Positions 44,909 through 54,543 of a stretch of 64,000 nucleotides of DNA are shown here, in pieces. Each line of letters opens with the position of its first letter. The stretch's first letter is position 1. The notes beneath the pieces were generated by a model that saw only the letters and a list, made by a program, of their open reading frames with translations, was not told the DNA's origin and ran no database searches. The translations under genes and the position numbers were made by a program. This stretch comes from Leptolyngbyaceae cyanobacterium (GTDB lineage Bacteria; Cyanobacteriota; Cyanobacteriia; Phormidesmidales; Phormidesmidaceae), in NCBI GenBank assembly GCA_965263355.1, contig CBDHHL010000046.1, forward strand, positions 98,554 to 162,553, written 5' to 3'.

Positions 44909-45358
44909 ATGGATTACACGGAAGTCTCAAAAGCAGAAGCAGAGTACGAGAACACTCGCAAAAAGCTAATCGACAAGATCGAAGCAAAATTTCACGACCA
45001 TTTCGAAGCAACAAGCATTGAATTGATTGTCTTTCCAAAGACGCTAGTCACTATAAATGCTCACAACCTAAAAGAGCTATTTGATTGGGCCAAAGCAAGA
45101 AAAGACCAAGACACCCTCGATGTCGAAATCCATGGCGAGGCACGGACCGTTGAGGTACCTTGGGAGATCTTGTCTACACTCAACGAGCTTATTTCACTCG
45201 AAGAGCACCGAGTAACAACATCAAACATTGAGTCGTGGCGTAAAATATATCCAAAGGCCTGGCAAGAAAGGCTCTCCGCCTACATCATGGAATTAGAAGA
45301 GGATAACTGGCGCCTTAAAAATCGGCTCAAACGCCGCGAAACTTCCGAACCTCAGTGA
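44909..45358 (+). CDS. Hypothetical protein, paralog of 46029
   Basis: VPWEIL...WRKIYPKAWQERLSAYIMELE. Confidence 0.7.
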   Translation: MDYTEVSKAEAEYENTRKKLIDKIEAKFHDHFEATSIELIVFPKTLVTINAHNLKELFDWAKARKDQDTLDVEIHGEARTVEVPWEILSTLNELISLEEHRVTTSNIESWRKIYPKAWQERLSAYIMELEEDNWRLKNRLKRRETSEPQ

Positions 45359-45384
45359 AATTCACATTAGATTCTTGAGATAAG
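45356..45384 (+). promoter_or_regulatory. Class-A promoter TGAAA-N19-ATAAG
   Basis: Exact match; ATG 6 nt downstream. Confidence 0.8.
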
Positions 45385-45390
45385 AATAGT

Positions 45391-45639
45391 ATGCAAACAA
45401 AATCATTTTCCAGCCTCAAGACTCATGACCAAATCACTGCGGTCAAGAACTTGCTGGCGGAAGTGCATATTGCGCTAGAGCAAGCGTTAGAGCGCCGTGT
45501 TGTTCTGTATTTCGAACTTGCACAAGGTGCACCCGAAGCGGTGTCATTGTACAAGGACGCCCGAAGCCTACAAGAACAAGGTGCAATAACCCACGAGCGT
45601 CTCGAAGAGATAGAGCGACTGCTGCTGACTCATCGCTAA
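45391..45639 (+). CDS. Hypothetical helical protein (leaderless)
   Basis: Fills the promoter-terminator unit. Confidence 0.75.
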   Translation: MQTKSFSSLKTHDQITAVKNLLAEVHIALEQALERRVVLYFELAQGAPEAVSLYKDARSLQEQGAITHERLEEIERLLLTHR

Positions 45640-45642
45640 TCT

Positions 45643-45686
45643 AGAGGAGAGGCGTAACTCAAAAGGTTGCCCTCTCTTTTAGCTAG
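45643..45686 (+). terminator. Hairpin plus TTTTAGCTAG
   Basis: GGAGAGGCGTAAC/GTTGCCCTCTCT stem. Confidence 0.8.
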
Positions 45687-45709
45687 CATTTTCACGAAAA
45701 TCCAGACCT

Positions 45710-45738
45710 TGAAATACTTGTGAACTTGGTGGGATAAG
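45710..45738 (+). promoter_or_regulatory. Class-A promoter TGAAA-N19-ATAAG
   Basis: Exact match; ATG 7 nt downstream. Confidence 0.8.
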
Positions 45739-45745
45739 ATATTTG

Positions 45746-46039
45746 ATGTTCATACACATTAAAAGCTTCACTCCCATCATCCAAAACCTTTGGGGGCAAA
45801 AATTCCACATTAGTCAAGAGGGTCAAGAAATCCTCTACGACTTAGTAACGGGCCAAAAACCCGACCTTCATGTTGTCATCGTTAAAGATGAGTTCTCCAA
45901 TAAGTGTGTGGAAAAGCATGTTTCTTCAAAGGAGCTAGAGCGTCTTCAGAACATTCAAAGCAAGGCTAGGAATCGAGCCTTGCTCGTGACGGTACTACTA
46001 ACAGCAGCAATAATATTCGGAGGACTATATGCACTATAA
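45746..46039 (+). CDS. C-terminal TM protein, paralog of 35045
   Basis: FHISQEGQEIL...KARNRALL followed by a TM. Confidence 0.7.
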   Translation: MFIHIKSFTPIIQNLWGQKFHISQEGQEILYDLVTGQKPDLHVVIVKDEFSNKCVEKHVSSKELERLQNIQSKARNRALLVTVLLTAAIIFGGLYAL

Positions 46040-46487
46040 TGACATCCTTGAAAAAATTAAAGAGGCCCAGACGAAAAGACAAGACTCCTGGAAGCAACTC
46101 CAAGATGCTTTCTATAAAACCTTCGGAAGCTACGGCATCCAGGTAATAACCTGGCCAAAGCAACAAACTAGGGTAGGGACAAATGAGCTGCAACACTTGT
46201 CTGAATGGCTTGAATCTCAAAAGAACCAGAACACCTTCAAAATCATAGACAAAGGAGGAAATACCCAAGAAGTCCCAATTCCTTGGAAACTTTTTGAGCA
46301 ACTCAAGGAGTATCAAAAGCTGGAAAAAGAGTGGGACCTACCAAGCCACGACGTATCCACCTGGCAAAAGCTAGCGCCAGATAACTGGGAAGAACTCCTC
46401 TCTCATTATCTAAAACACTTAGAAGCAGAACTGGTTAGCGCAAGAGAACAGCTGAGAAATGAGGAAGAAGAAGAAGAAGACTACTAG
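46029..46487 (+). CDS. Hypothetical protein, paralog of 44909
   Basis: IPWKLF...WQKLAPDNWEELLSHYLKHLE. Confidence 0.7.
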   Translation: MHYNDILEKIKEAQTKRQDSWKQLQDAFYKTFGSYGIQVITWPKQQTRVGTNELQHLSEWLESQKNQNTFKIIDKGGNTQEVPIPWKLFEQLKEYQKLEKEWDLPSHDVSTWQKLAPDNWEELLSHYLKHLEAELVSAREQLRNEEEEEEDY

Positions 46488-46495
46488 AGGATAAG

Positions 46496-46538
46496 AAGGA
46501 AAGTGACACCTGAGTTTCAGGTGTCACTTTCTTTAGCT
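46496..46538 (+). terminator. Hairpin plus TTTAGC, between convergent genes
   Basis: GAAAGTGACACCTGA-GTT-TCAGGTGTCACTTTC. Confidence 0.8.
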
Positions 46539-47422
46539 GCGGCTTGGACAGTAGCTATGATGGCTTCAACCGCCTGCTCTTTTGTATCTGTCGCAACGAT
46601 AAAACGCCCATTATGACAAAAATTTAGTCCTTTTATGCCAGACAGCTCGGACAATTCAGCCTTCGGTTTGCCCGCCCAAGCTTCTGGGAAAGGAAGCCTT
46701 TGGTCTCTTCCGCCCGGCCTAGATGGGACACAGAAGGCACTCCAACCTCCTCGTGCCGATGGATAGACAACAAACTTTATAGACTCTGGCACCTCGTGGG
46801 AGGACCAAGGCATAAACTGTTCGAATGTCACATAAGGCGAACCTTCCTTTTCCGCCTCAGCAAAGGCCTTTTGAACGGCTTTGTCGGCTCGAACCGAACC
46901 TTCCGCCCGTTTAATGAGGGACTTAAGAATTAGTTTGGCGATTATGACAGCCTCGTCGAAGCCGTCATCAAATGGTATTTTCTCGTCCCAGCAGGGGTTG
47001 AATGAAGATACTGATGTTGCGATACCCGTTAAGGCACCACCGACGTCCGGAGCATCAACATTCTCCTTTAGCCACTGAGCTACCTCTCTCCAAGCTCCCG
47101 GGCCTGCAAGCTCTGACCCAAATTTTTCCCACACGAGTCCAGCACTCGCATAAGGCTGACCATCGTCATATATTTTATCGAAGTCCCGTTGGTGATGATC
47201 GAAAAGACCCTTTTCCGGGTCATAAGCTCCACCAACATCCACAAAAATTGTGCCTGCAACAGGATTCGCCTCTCTAATATCCTTACGGATGACCTCCGCT
47301 CCTGGGAACAGCAAAAGAAGGATGGCCGTCGCATAGACGTCGTCGCAGTGGAAGACACCCGCATGTGTTTGGATAGTTGTTATAGTTGTTGTTGTTGTTG
47401 CTGAAACAGCTGCGTTGTTCAT
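46517..47422 (-). CDS. MYG1-family (DHH-like) exonuclease
   Basis: THAGVFHCDD, VDVGGAYDP, FDHHQ, YASAGLVW, RLPFPEAWAG, FCHNGRFI. Confidence 0.92.
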   Translation of the reverse strand: MNNAAVSATTTTTITTIQTHAGVFHCDDVYATAILLLLFPGAEVIRKDIREANPVAGTIFVDVGGAYDPEKGLFDHHQRDFDKIYDDGQPYASAGLVWEKFGSELAGPGAWREVAQWLKENVDAPDVGGALTGIATSVSSFNPCWDEKIPFDDGFDEAVIIAKLILKSLIKRAEGSVRADKAVQKAFAEAEKEGSPYVTFEQFMPWSSHEVPESIKFVVYPSARGGWSAFCVPSRPGGRDQRLPFPEAWAGKPKAELSELSGIKGLNFCHNGRFIVATDTKEQAVEAIIATVQAAAKESDT

Positions 47423-47501
47423 GTGCTGTCGTTGTACTCAGCTTCGGAGCTGAGGACAATAGACAAATATCCGATGACCCAAATGACGTCTAAACGGGTT
47501 A

Positions 47502-47530
47502 TGAAAGAATATAAAAATATACGGTATAAG
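47502..47530 (+). promoter_or_regulatory. Class-A promoter TGAAA-N19-ATAAG
   Basis: Exact match; ATG 7 nt downstream. Confidence 0.8.
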
Positions 47531-47537
47531 AACTATA

Positions 47538-48173
47538 ATGAAACAATACAAAGATTGGGCTCCAAGCCAACACGATATCAAAGGCCTCAACCTCCCAGAA
47601 TGGCAAGAGGCATTCGTCATCGCGATGACGACCCGAGATTCTGACCGTCTCGAGGTTCATAACTGGAAATTCCTGTGCTCCGAGGCTGACCGTCTCGGTG
47701 CTGAGGAAGAAAAAGACTACGGAATTTTCAACTTCAACCACTGGGCGTGCGGTTGGTTCGATATCTTGTTAGTGAGGAAAGAATCTCCTGCATTCGCCCG
47801 GATGCAAGAATTGATTGAGTCTTTAGAAGACTACCCCATTCTTGATGAGGACAACTTCAATTGGGACGACGATGAAGAGGACGACGAAGACGATGATGAC
47901 GAATGGGATGATGACGGATGGGAGCAAGCTTACGACGCTGGAAACTACGCCGGAGCCTACAACGGACTTTCTCTCTCAAACTCCTATGTGAAATGGATTA
48001 CTGAAGCTCGACTGGGTTATGAAAAATCCAAAGATTGGGAACCAACACAAAAGGAGATTCGTGGATTTGTGCGTGGCTATATGACGCACATGGATGAAGA
48101 AGACACCAACATCGATGAACTCGTAGAGAACTGCATTGATGCTTTCAATGCAGAGGAGACAAACGGAGAGTAA
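47538..48173 (+). CDS. Highly acidic phage protein (leaderless)
   Basis: RDSDRLEVHNW, FNHWACGW, LEDYPILDED; D/E tract. Confidence 0.75.
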   Translation: MKQYKDWAPSQHDIKGLNLPEWQEAFVIAMTTRDSDRLEVHNWKFLCSEADRLGAEEEKDYGIFNFNHWACGWFDILLVRKESPAFARMQELIESLEDYPILDEDNFNWDDDEEDDEDDDDEWDDDGWEQAYDAGNYAGAYNGLSLSNSYVKWITEARLGYEKSKDWEPTQKEIRGFVRGYMTHMDEEDTNIDELVENCIDAFNAEETNGE

Positions 48174-48192
48174 ACTTTCTAAGAAGAAAAAG

Positions 48193-48223
48193 AAGGGAGG
48201 TGATATCCAACTTCTTTTTAGCC
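48193..48223 (+). terminator. Hairpin plus TTTTTAGCC
   Basis: AAGGGAG..G/C..CTTCTTT stem. Confidence 0.7.
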
Positions 48224-48302
48224 TTTAAACTGAAGCATTGCTGTTACGCTAATGCCTTATAAACCTGGTTAATTCTTTTTGTCCCAAAGGACGAAAAAGA
48301 AC

Positions 48303-49673
48303 ATGACTGAATTAATATATGCTTACAGCCTACCCATTGCACTCGCAATTGCTGCAATATTTTTCACAGTAGCTGTTTTTGTAGTGTTGTGGGCCATAAA
48401 CCTAAGACAAGTAGTAGAACCTAACGTAATCCACGCAGTAACTGCCCGTAGAACCGTAACTTATTACGGTACGGATGAGGCAGGACGCTCATATTATAAA
48501 TGGCCGGAATGGATGCCTATCATCGGAGTTCAGGTAAAGGAACTACCGACCGACGTGTTCGCGATAAATTTGAACAACCATAAGGCTTGGGACAAAGATA
48601 ACGTCCCATTCAAGTTGGCTGTAACCGCGTTATTCAAACTGGATCTAAACAAGCTTCCTGAGGCTTTTCGCTCCATCCAATCCATGGAACGTTTAAAAGA
48701 TCAATTGGGCGAAATTATTGAAAGTGTCGTCCGAGAAACTTTAGCTACTTTTGATATCCTAGTAATCCTAAGAGACAGACAAGCTTTGTCTCAAAAGTTT
48801 AAAGAGGCCATCGAGAACAGTGCCGGCGAACTGGGGATCACCGCGGTTCGGGATGTGGCAATTAAGCAGATAGAGGATGCGGATGGTTCCAATGCTATAG
48901 AGGCCATCCGAGCGCAAAAACAGGCCACACACGACAGAGAGTCTCGTGTGCGTGTGGCAGAAGAGAATAAGACTGCGCAAGAAGCTGAGATTAATGCTGC
49001 CTTGGCCATCACATTGGCTCAAGAACAGCAAAGAGAAGAAGCGGGCAAGAGAGAAGCTTCTGCTTCTTTAGCTGTGCAGTTGGCTAAAGAAACAACCAAC
49101 CAACAAACAGAAGAAGCTAGGCTTTTAACGACTCAAAAATCTCTGGCAGTTGTTAGATATCAAGATACTGAGAAAGCAAACATTGAACTAGAAGTGGCTA
49201 AGACAGAGGCAGAAGCAAAAGCCAAAGAAGTAGAAATTGCTGCTGCTGCTGCTCTCGTACAAGAGCAACGAAAAGCTGAGGGTGTTGAAGCAGCGGGTAG
49301 AGCAGCAGCAGCAGCAGAACAAGAAATGCAAATGGCTACTGTACACGCACAGATCCAATTGGCCAAAGAATTGGCCGAGAACGTCGCATACCAGCAATAC
49401 TTACTAGACAAATATCGCGTTGATGCGGCTGAGAAAGTTGGACTGGAAAACGCCAAAGCCTTGGCGAAGGCAAATCTTCAGTTCTTTGTTACTGGGCCTA
49501 ACACCTCAGAAGGACTCAATGCAGCGGCCAGTAAGTTCTCACCAGAAGCTGGGCTTAATCTCGGATCAGCCCTAGAAGGCCTTATGGCTACACCTGTAGG
49601 CAAAAAGGTGGTCAATTTGGTAGACCAAGTCTCCTCAAACCCCTCCGCCAATAACGCCAGTAAAGATCTATAA
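48303..49673 (+). CDS. Flotillin-like SPFH/band-7 membrane protein
   Basis: N-terminal TM, SPFH domain (LGEIIESVVRETLA...DRQALSQ), AEA-rich coiled coil. Confidence 0.85.
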   Translation: MTELIYAYSLPIALAIAAIFFTVAVFVVLWAINLRQVVEPNVIHAVTARRTVTYYGTDEAGRSYYKWPEWMPIIGVQVKELPTDVFAINLNNHKAWDKDNVPFKLAVTALFKLDLNKLPEAFRSIQSMERLKDQLGEIIESVVRETLATFDILVILRDRQALSQKFKEAIENSAGELGITAVRDVAIKQIEDADGSNAIEAIRAQKQATHDRESRVRVAEENKTAQEAEINAALAITLAQEQQREEAGKREASASLAVQLAKETTNQQTEEARLLTTQKSLAVVRYQDTEKANIELEVAKTEAEAKAKEVEIAAAAALVQEQRKAEGVEAAGRAAAAAEQEMQMATVHAQIQLAKELAENVAYQQYLLDKYRVDAAEKVGLENAKALAKANLQFFVTGPNTSEGLNAAASKFSPEAGLNLGSALEGLMATPVGKKVVNLVDQVSSNPSANNASKDL

Positions 49674-49715
49674 CCCTCCTTTTCAAAGTAGTTAACAACA
49701 TGCTTAGCTAGAACC

Positions 49716-50162
49716 ATGTTGTTAACTACAATACTTGCAATCGCCTCCCTCACTCCTGCTAGCTCCCCTAAAGAATTTATCCAAAACAACGCGTGCGGAA
49801 TCTCTCTTTACGCAAGAAATTTCGGTTATAAGCCAAAAGAGCTAAAGAAACAGTTAGAAGCCAAGTTAAGAGCACAATCTATCTCTTCATGCGTTGTCCA
49901 GATACCTCACAGGCAATTACCTTTGATTGAACTTAGCCTTTTTTTGGGTAAAACCTTTTACCCAAACTGGTCTAAACAACGACTTGCGCTACTTTCTGGA
50001 TGTTTTTATTCCAGAAAAGGAGATTCACTAGATGACACAATTGAAGCACTCAAAAATTATGTGAAGAGAAAAAAGATCAGAGGGGAAAAGAGGAAGGAGT
50101 TTGTAGATCAATTTGTTAAAGGCTATGCTCAGTGCAACCCTATTGGAGCATCTGGTTGCTAG
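49716..50162 (+). CDS. Secreted hypothetical protein
   Basis: Signal-peptide-like N-terminus. Confidence 0.6.
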   Translation: MLLTTILAIASLTPASSPKEFIQNNACGISLYARNFGYKPKELKKQLEAKLRAQSISSCVVQIPHRQLPLIELSLFLGKTFYPNWSKQRLALLSGCFYSRKGDSLDDTIEALKNYVKRKKIRGEKRKEFVDQFVKGYAQCNPIGASGC

Positions 50163-50560
50163 TCATCCTCCCTATTGTTTGGTTCCCTTAATCGAACAGA
50201 AATTACTGTCTGCCCGCCCATAAGGGACAATAAGGCCGCGAAGTTCGTTCTTTCATATGTTGGGGATCCAATCTTGTGGTCCCTCGGGTCTCGTACTGTT
50301 GAACGCTCCCCCTCCATCAACTTAGCACCTATCCAAGCTGATGCCACTTCATCCAACTCTTTTAAATCCAACTCTCGGAGGAATTTTATTATTAATTTTT
50401 CAAGGTGCTGAGAAACTGTATCTCCGTTTAAGAGTTTTGCATCTAACAGCGCTTGGGGTGTTGGGGTGTTAAGCTTGCTTTGAGCGATAAACAACATGAA
50501 ACAGACATATACCAATGCACAATCCTTTGAAATACGAAAACAGTCGGATTGAAAATACAC
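50159..50560 (-). CDS. Hypothetical protein
   Basis: ORF; start uncertain. Confidence 0.5.
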   Translation of the reverse strand: MYFQSDCFRISKDCALVYVCFMLFIAQSKLNTPTPQALLDAKLLNGDTVSQHLEKLIIKFLRELDLKELDEVASAWIGAKLMEGERSTVRDPRDHKIGSPTYERTNFAALLSLMGGQTVISVRLREPNNREDD

Positions 50561-50583
50561 GGTAAATACACGATAAACACAAC

Positions 50584-50775
50584 ATGGATGACAAAGACCT
50601 TCAAAAAATGGGCCTAGCCATTTACAATTTCTGGGGAGCTTCGGAACTTAAGGACAGAAATGAGGTTCTCGAAAAACTCCGAGATTTAGATAATGAGGAA
50701 CTTTGGGAGGTGCTTCGAAAAGCACTATTTGAGGCACAAGAACACGGCGTTCATTGTGGACGTGCTGGCCATTAA
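50584..50775 (+). CDS. Hypothetical protein
   Basis: 63-aa helical ORF. Confidence 0.6.
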   Translation: MDDKDLQKMGLAIYNFWGASELKDRNEVLEKLRDLDNEELWEVLRKALFEAQEHGVHCGRAGH

Positions 50776-51058
50776 CCTTCGTTCTTCTTCGTACCTCGCG
50801 CAAACAAGATAAAAAACAAAGGCCTATTATATCTCAGAAACTTTTGGGGTGGCAAGATACGCTCTAAGAGAGATAGGGATAGATACCAAAGACATTCCAG
50901 TATAATCCAACCCAAACCACATGTCCCCAAGAACAGCATCATACAATAAACAGAGAAAATAACCGGATTCGACATGTGGGGTACTAAACTGCAAATTGCG
51001 AACTAAATCAACAGAGCTCCTCCTATGTGAATACTCCACATTGTATAGTGTTTACACA

Positions 51059-51487
51059 ATGCTTAGAAGTGCAAGACACAAAGCTGTACTAGCTAACGCC
51101 CTCTCCGGTCTATCAAATACGCCTTCAAGATTCCTAGGTGCCCTACGGGGAGAGAAGTTTCAACAAGCTGAAAAATGGAACAGAGAAGCCAGAAGACTCA
51201 TGCGACAACAAGCTCATGAAGTGCTCAAAGATAGGCGAGAACGGAATGTTTGGGCAAAGTTTAGAGGTTGGGAACCTGTCACAGAAAAGCTCCAACTCCG
51301 AGACAAACTTGACCCAAAGATCCTGGATGCAAGAGAGACCGCCCAGGCATTCGCCTCGGAAGGTCTAATGGATGCTGCGGGTGCTTATGGCGCTTTGGGT
51401 CTTACAGGCTTAGGTGCAGGCCTGCACCTAAGAGAGAAGACTGCTGCTGCACTCGTCGCTAACTGGCGACGAAGAAATGTTTTATAG
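51059..51487 (+). CDS. Protein with a C-terminal EKTA-AALVANW tag-like motif
   Basis: DAAGAYGALGLTGLGAGLHLREKTAAALVANW, similar to 17583. Confidence 0.6.
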   Translation: MLRSARHKAVLANALSGLSNTPSRFLGALRGEKFQQAEKWNREARRLMRQQAHEVLKDRRERNVWAKFRGWEPVTEKLQLRDKLDPKILDARETAQAFASEGLMDAAGAYGALGLTGLGAGLHLREKTAAALVANWRRRNVL

Positions 51488-52112
51488 CACTCCGATGCGC
51501 TCTTTTACACTTAAAGTCCGGGGTCAAGAACACAGTCTCTGCTGCCTTCACCTCTTGTGAGGGCAGCAGAACTAATTTGACTTGGTCCGCTCGCTTTTTA
51601 ATAGCAACAACATTTGAAAAGGTCTCATGCCACCCTTTTTCGCCAACAGGACCGGTTAGTTCTGGATTATACTGCACACGATGCAGCGCTGCAATAACCC
51701 AAATGTAAGGGATATTTATTGTGGACATATCTTGTACGGTTTTCGCGTTGTACCTAAGAACATCCGTGTCAAATATACAAATGTCTTTCCCAACAGCCAA
51801 GTCTGGGAGGTTACTTTGCACCATAGAGCACTCAGAGAATGTCTCTGGCGCCTCTCCTTCCATTACCTCAGGATATGGTATATCCCTCCTATAAGCTCTT
51901 ATAGCCTTTAGCACATTGGATGATGTATTATCATGAACATAGCAAACTCTATGTCCCCTCTCAGCCAAATTAACTCCGATATTTAAAGCCAAAGTTGTCT
52001 TTCCTGAGCCTGATTGGCCAACTAAAGCCAACTTTTCTTGTGGCAATAGGCCTCCCTCTAGAAGCCTATCAAAAGGCTCAATGTGTGTCGGAATCTTCTC
52101 ACACATCATCAA
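51459..52112 (-). CDS. KaiC/RadA/DnaB-like RecA-fold P-loop ATPase
   Basis: IPTHIEPFDRLLEGGL, GQSGSGKTTLALN, ICIFD. Confidence 0.8.
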   Translation of the reverse strand: MMMCEKIPTHIEPFDRLLEGGLLPQEKLALVGQSGSGKTTLALNIGVNLAERGHRVCYVHDNTSSNVLKAIRAYRRDIPYPEVMEGEAPETFSECSMVQSNLPDLAVGKDICIFDTDVLRYNAKTVQDMSTINIPYIWVIAALHRVQYNPELTGPVGEKGWHETFSNVVAIKKRADQVKLVLLPSQEVKAAETVFLTPDFKCKRAHRSAIKHFFVAS

Positions 52113-52380
52113 CCTCCAGATTCAATCTGACGCGCATTTCTTTAGCCTTCTTCCTTAAGTTATTTAGCGTCTCTAGCTGCTCCCTTGCTTGCCTAGCTGC
52201 CTGCCTTAGATTCCCGAAATCGGAAACGACATAACCTGCGTCATGCAATACTATGGCTGCACTTTCCAAACGAATCACATGTCTCAACTCTTCCAAGCAA
52301 GAACGCAACCCAGCTACTACAGTTTGGGCATCAGATATCTGGTTATTAAGTGCCTCTAACTCTTTAAAAGATTCGTCCAT
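52099..52380 (-). CDS. Coiled-coil hypothetical protein
   Basis: 93-aa ORF in operon. Confidence 0.65.
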   Translation of the reverse strand: MDESFKELEALNNQISDAQTVVAGLRSCLEELRHVIRLESAAIVLHDAGYVVSDFGNLRQAARQAREQLETLNNLRKKAKEMRVRLNLEVDDV

Positions 52381-52744
52381 TGTTTGGCTCCAAGCTTGTT
52401 TGTGTCTTAGGTTGTGTTTTATCGAGTTGACCTAGTATATACCCATATATTGCCTTAACGTGCTCGTCTCTTAAGCGATAAAAGGCATGCCTACCTTCTA
52501 GTCTTCGATCCACTAATTGAAGATTTCTCAGAACTCTCAATTGGTGAGACACCGCCGATTGCTCCATTTTCAAAGTTTTAGAGAGGTCAGAAACACACAG
52601 GCCTTCCGCCTGTCGAGGGAACAATTGGTGGACAATTTGTAGCCTATTTGGGTCTGCCAAAGCCCTAAACAAGCTTGCGATTGCATTGGCTTGTTCTTCT
52701 TTTAAGAGGTTTGGTGTGCATGGATCGACTTTGCTGTCTTGCAT
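52364..52744 (-). CDS. ArsR/SmtB-family transcriptional regulator
   Basis: FRALADPNRLQI, LCVSDL, QSAVSHQLRVLR, RLEGRHAFYRLRDEHV. Confidence 0.9.
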   Translation of the reverse strand: MQDSKVDPCTPNLLKEEQANAIASLFRALADPNRLQIVHQLFPRQAEGLCVSDLSKTLKMEQSAVSHQLRVLRNLQLVDRRLEGRHAFYRLRDEHVKAIYGYILGQLDKTQPKTQTSLEPNNGRIF

Positions 52745-52955
52745 GAACGTAAGGCTATCGTGTTCATGTGTCAAAAAAGCAACAGCAAAGAATCTTATAA
52801 TCCACTTACTGAGTAATCTTAGCCTTACAAACAAGGGACTCCAATAAGAATGCTACTGCTTTTATTATTGTGGGGTCAGTCAATAACAGAGGGCCTTATG
52901 TGCCAATGCTTGGACCAAATGATCTAAGGAGGTAACCACAAAACTTCGATGAATT

Positions 52956-53273
52956 TCAAAGTCCTCGGTGTGCAGCTTCTCTGCATTCTTCGCAGTAGTC
53001 GAAGAGGGCTTGCATTGTCTCCCCTGAAGGTCCTTCTGCCCCAAAGACTGAAGATGGGACCCAATAGTCCAATCTACAATGTTTGAGGTCGGGTCTCCCA
53101 AAGCTCTTGTGGGTTGCGTGATCTTGGACCAGACTAGAGATCTTCGCCCCCCAAGCCCTAGCAAATTGACCAGCATTGACCAGCCACCCATCATCGTTTT
53201 GATATCTAAAATCCACAGGCACGTCATTAATGACGATTGTCACGTCTGCTTCTCTTGCAACTATGGTTTGCAT
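52956..53273 (-). CDS. KilA-N-like DNA-binding protein
   Basis: INDVPVDFR...DGWLVNAGQFARAWG. Confidence 0.5.
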   Translation of the reverse strand: MQTIVAREADVTIVINDVPVDFRYQNDDGWLVNAGQFARAWGAKISSLVQDHATHKSFGRPDLKHCRLDYWVPSSVFGAEGPSGETMQALFDYCEECREAAHRGL

Positions 53274-53374
53274 GTCTTTAGCCTACAAATACTTTATGGC
53301 TAAATAGTGACACCTAAACAAACCTTCCATGTCTATGTTGTAAAGGCGTAATAAACCTGCTAACCGCTCCAAAT

Positions 53375-53746
53375 ATGAAAATCGAAGTGCATTCCGGACT
53401 CGGACCCTTACTATTTTGGAAAAAACCTTCTGATGAGCTAATGGTAGAATTATTGTCATTGGCGTTGATATTCGATATTCCAAAACAGAAGGCCTTTAAC
53501 GACCTCCCCTTCGAAATTGATTGGACCACAGGATCTTCCGTAGCCAGTAGCAAGAGGGTTTACTCATTCTGCTGCTGGACGCCTGTAGAAGCGTTAGAAT
53601 CCCTCGAACTAGAAGAGGGTAGGACGAAATTAATTCAAGAGTGTGTGGAGAAAGCAAGAGCTACAAAAGAAGATTGCACTCCTTCTGGAAATGAGGCCAA
53701 CGAGTTTCTCATCAAAGTTCTTCTAGAAAAAATGCTTAGACAATAA
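53375..53746 (+). CDS. Hypothetical protein
   Basis: 123-aa ORF. Confidence 0.6.
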   Translation: MKIEVHSGLGPLLFWKKPSDELMVELLSLALIFDIPKQKAFNDLPFEIDWTTGSSVASSKRVYSFCCWTPVEALESLELEEGRTKLIQECVEKARATKEDCTPSGNEANEFLIKVLLEKMLRQ

Positions 53747-53768
53747 AAATAGGGGATTATGACTCTAT

Positions 53769-54020
53769 ATGGCCCTTGCCCTTAGCACCTTGGCAGCAGT
53801 GTTCGTGTACACATTTACTTTGTCTAAACCCTTAGGATTGGGCCTCCTTTTTGGGGGCTTAGTCCTTTTGTTCATAAGTAACCACCCAAATAAACATATC
53901 TCCCACGAAGACGTAGAGCGGGTATATGGAAGACAACCACCCCTAGACCCTGAAATACTTACAGTTGCATTCTTCGTGACGGTTATTTATCTCTTCCTGT
54001 TCGCCAAACTACTTCCTTAG
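53769..54020 (+). CDS. Small multi-TM protein
   Basis: Three hydrophobic segments. Confidence 0.6.
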   Translation: MALALSTLAAVFVYTFTLSKPLGLGLLFGGLVLLFISNHPNKHISHEDVERVYGRQPPLDPEILTVAFFVTVIYLFLFAKLLP

Positions 54021-54194
54021 GTGTCACCTAAAAGACATAGTAATTCACTACAATGTTTTTGGTGAGTATCGAACGCAAAGAAACAAAGTGGTGTTTATCA
54101 CTTCAAGAATTTCTCGATCTGCCTGGGAATGAACAATTCTTGGATTCTGACGAACCATCAGAGGACACAGTCCGTTGGATTGCGGTAATCCGAG

Positions 54195-54542
54195 ATGCAG
54201 AAAAATGGGGGGAGTGATTTGGTTTTTCGTCTATGTCACGCTAAGGACACAAGAACCGTAGACAATACTCAAATGCAAATGGCTACCTTGAGAAACTTCC
54301 TAGTTAACCTTGGAAGAGTTGCTGTAATTGTAGGCTTAGCCTACTTGTCTATTATGTGTGTCCGGACAATGGTGGCGTTTCCAATTGTTAAGCTCTTCTA
54401 CTTAGACGGGGAGCTAGTTCGGTTTTTGTGGCTAGGACTATTCTCTGGGTGGGTGCTTACAGGAGCAAACACTTACCTATTTACAAAACTTTTCTGGGAG
54501 CTCTGCTCTGACTTCTTTTTGTGGCTCAAGCAAGAGAAGTAG
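54195..54542 (+). CDS. Membrane protein (start probably downstream)
   Basis: Two hydrophobic segments. Confidence 0.5.
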   Translation: MQKNGGSDLVFRLCHAKDTRTVDNTQMQMATLRNFLVNLGRVAVIVGLAYLSIMCVRTMVAFPIVKLFYLDGELVRFLWLGLFSGWVLTGANTYLFTKLFWELCSDFFLWLKQEK

Positions 54543-54543
54543 T

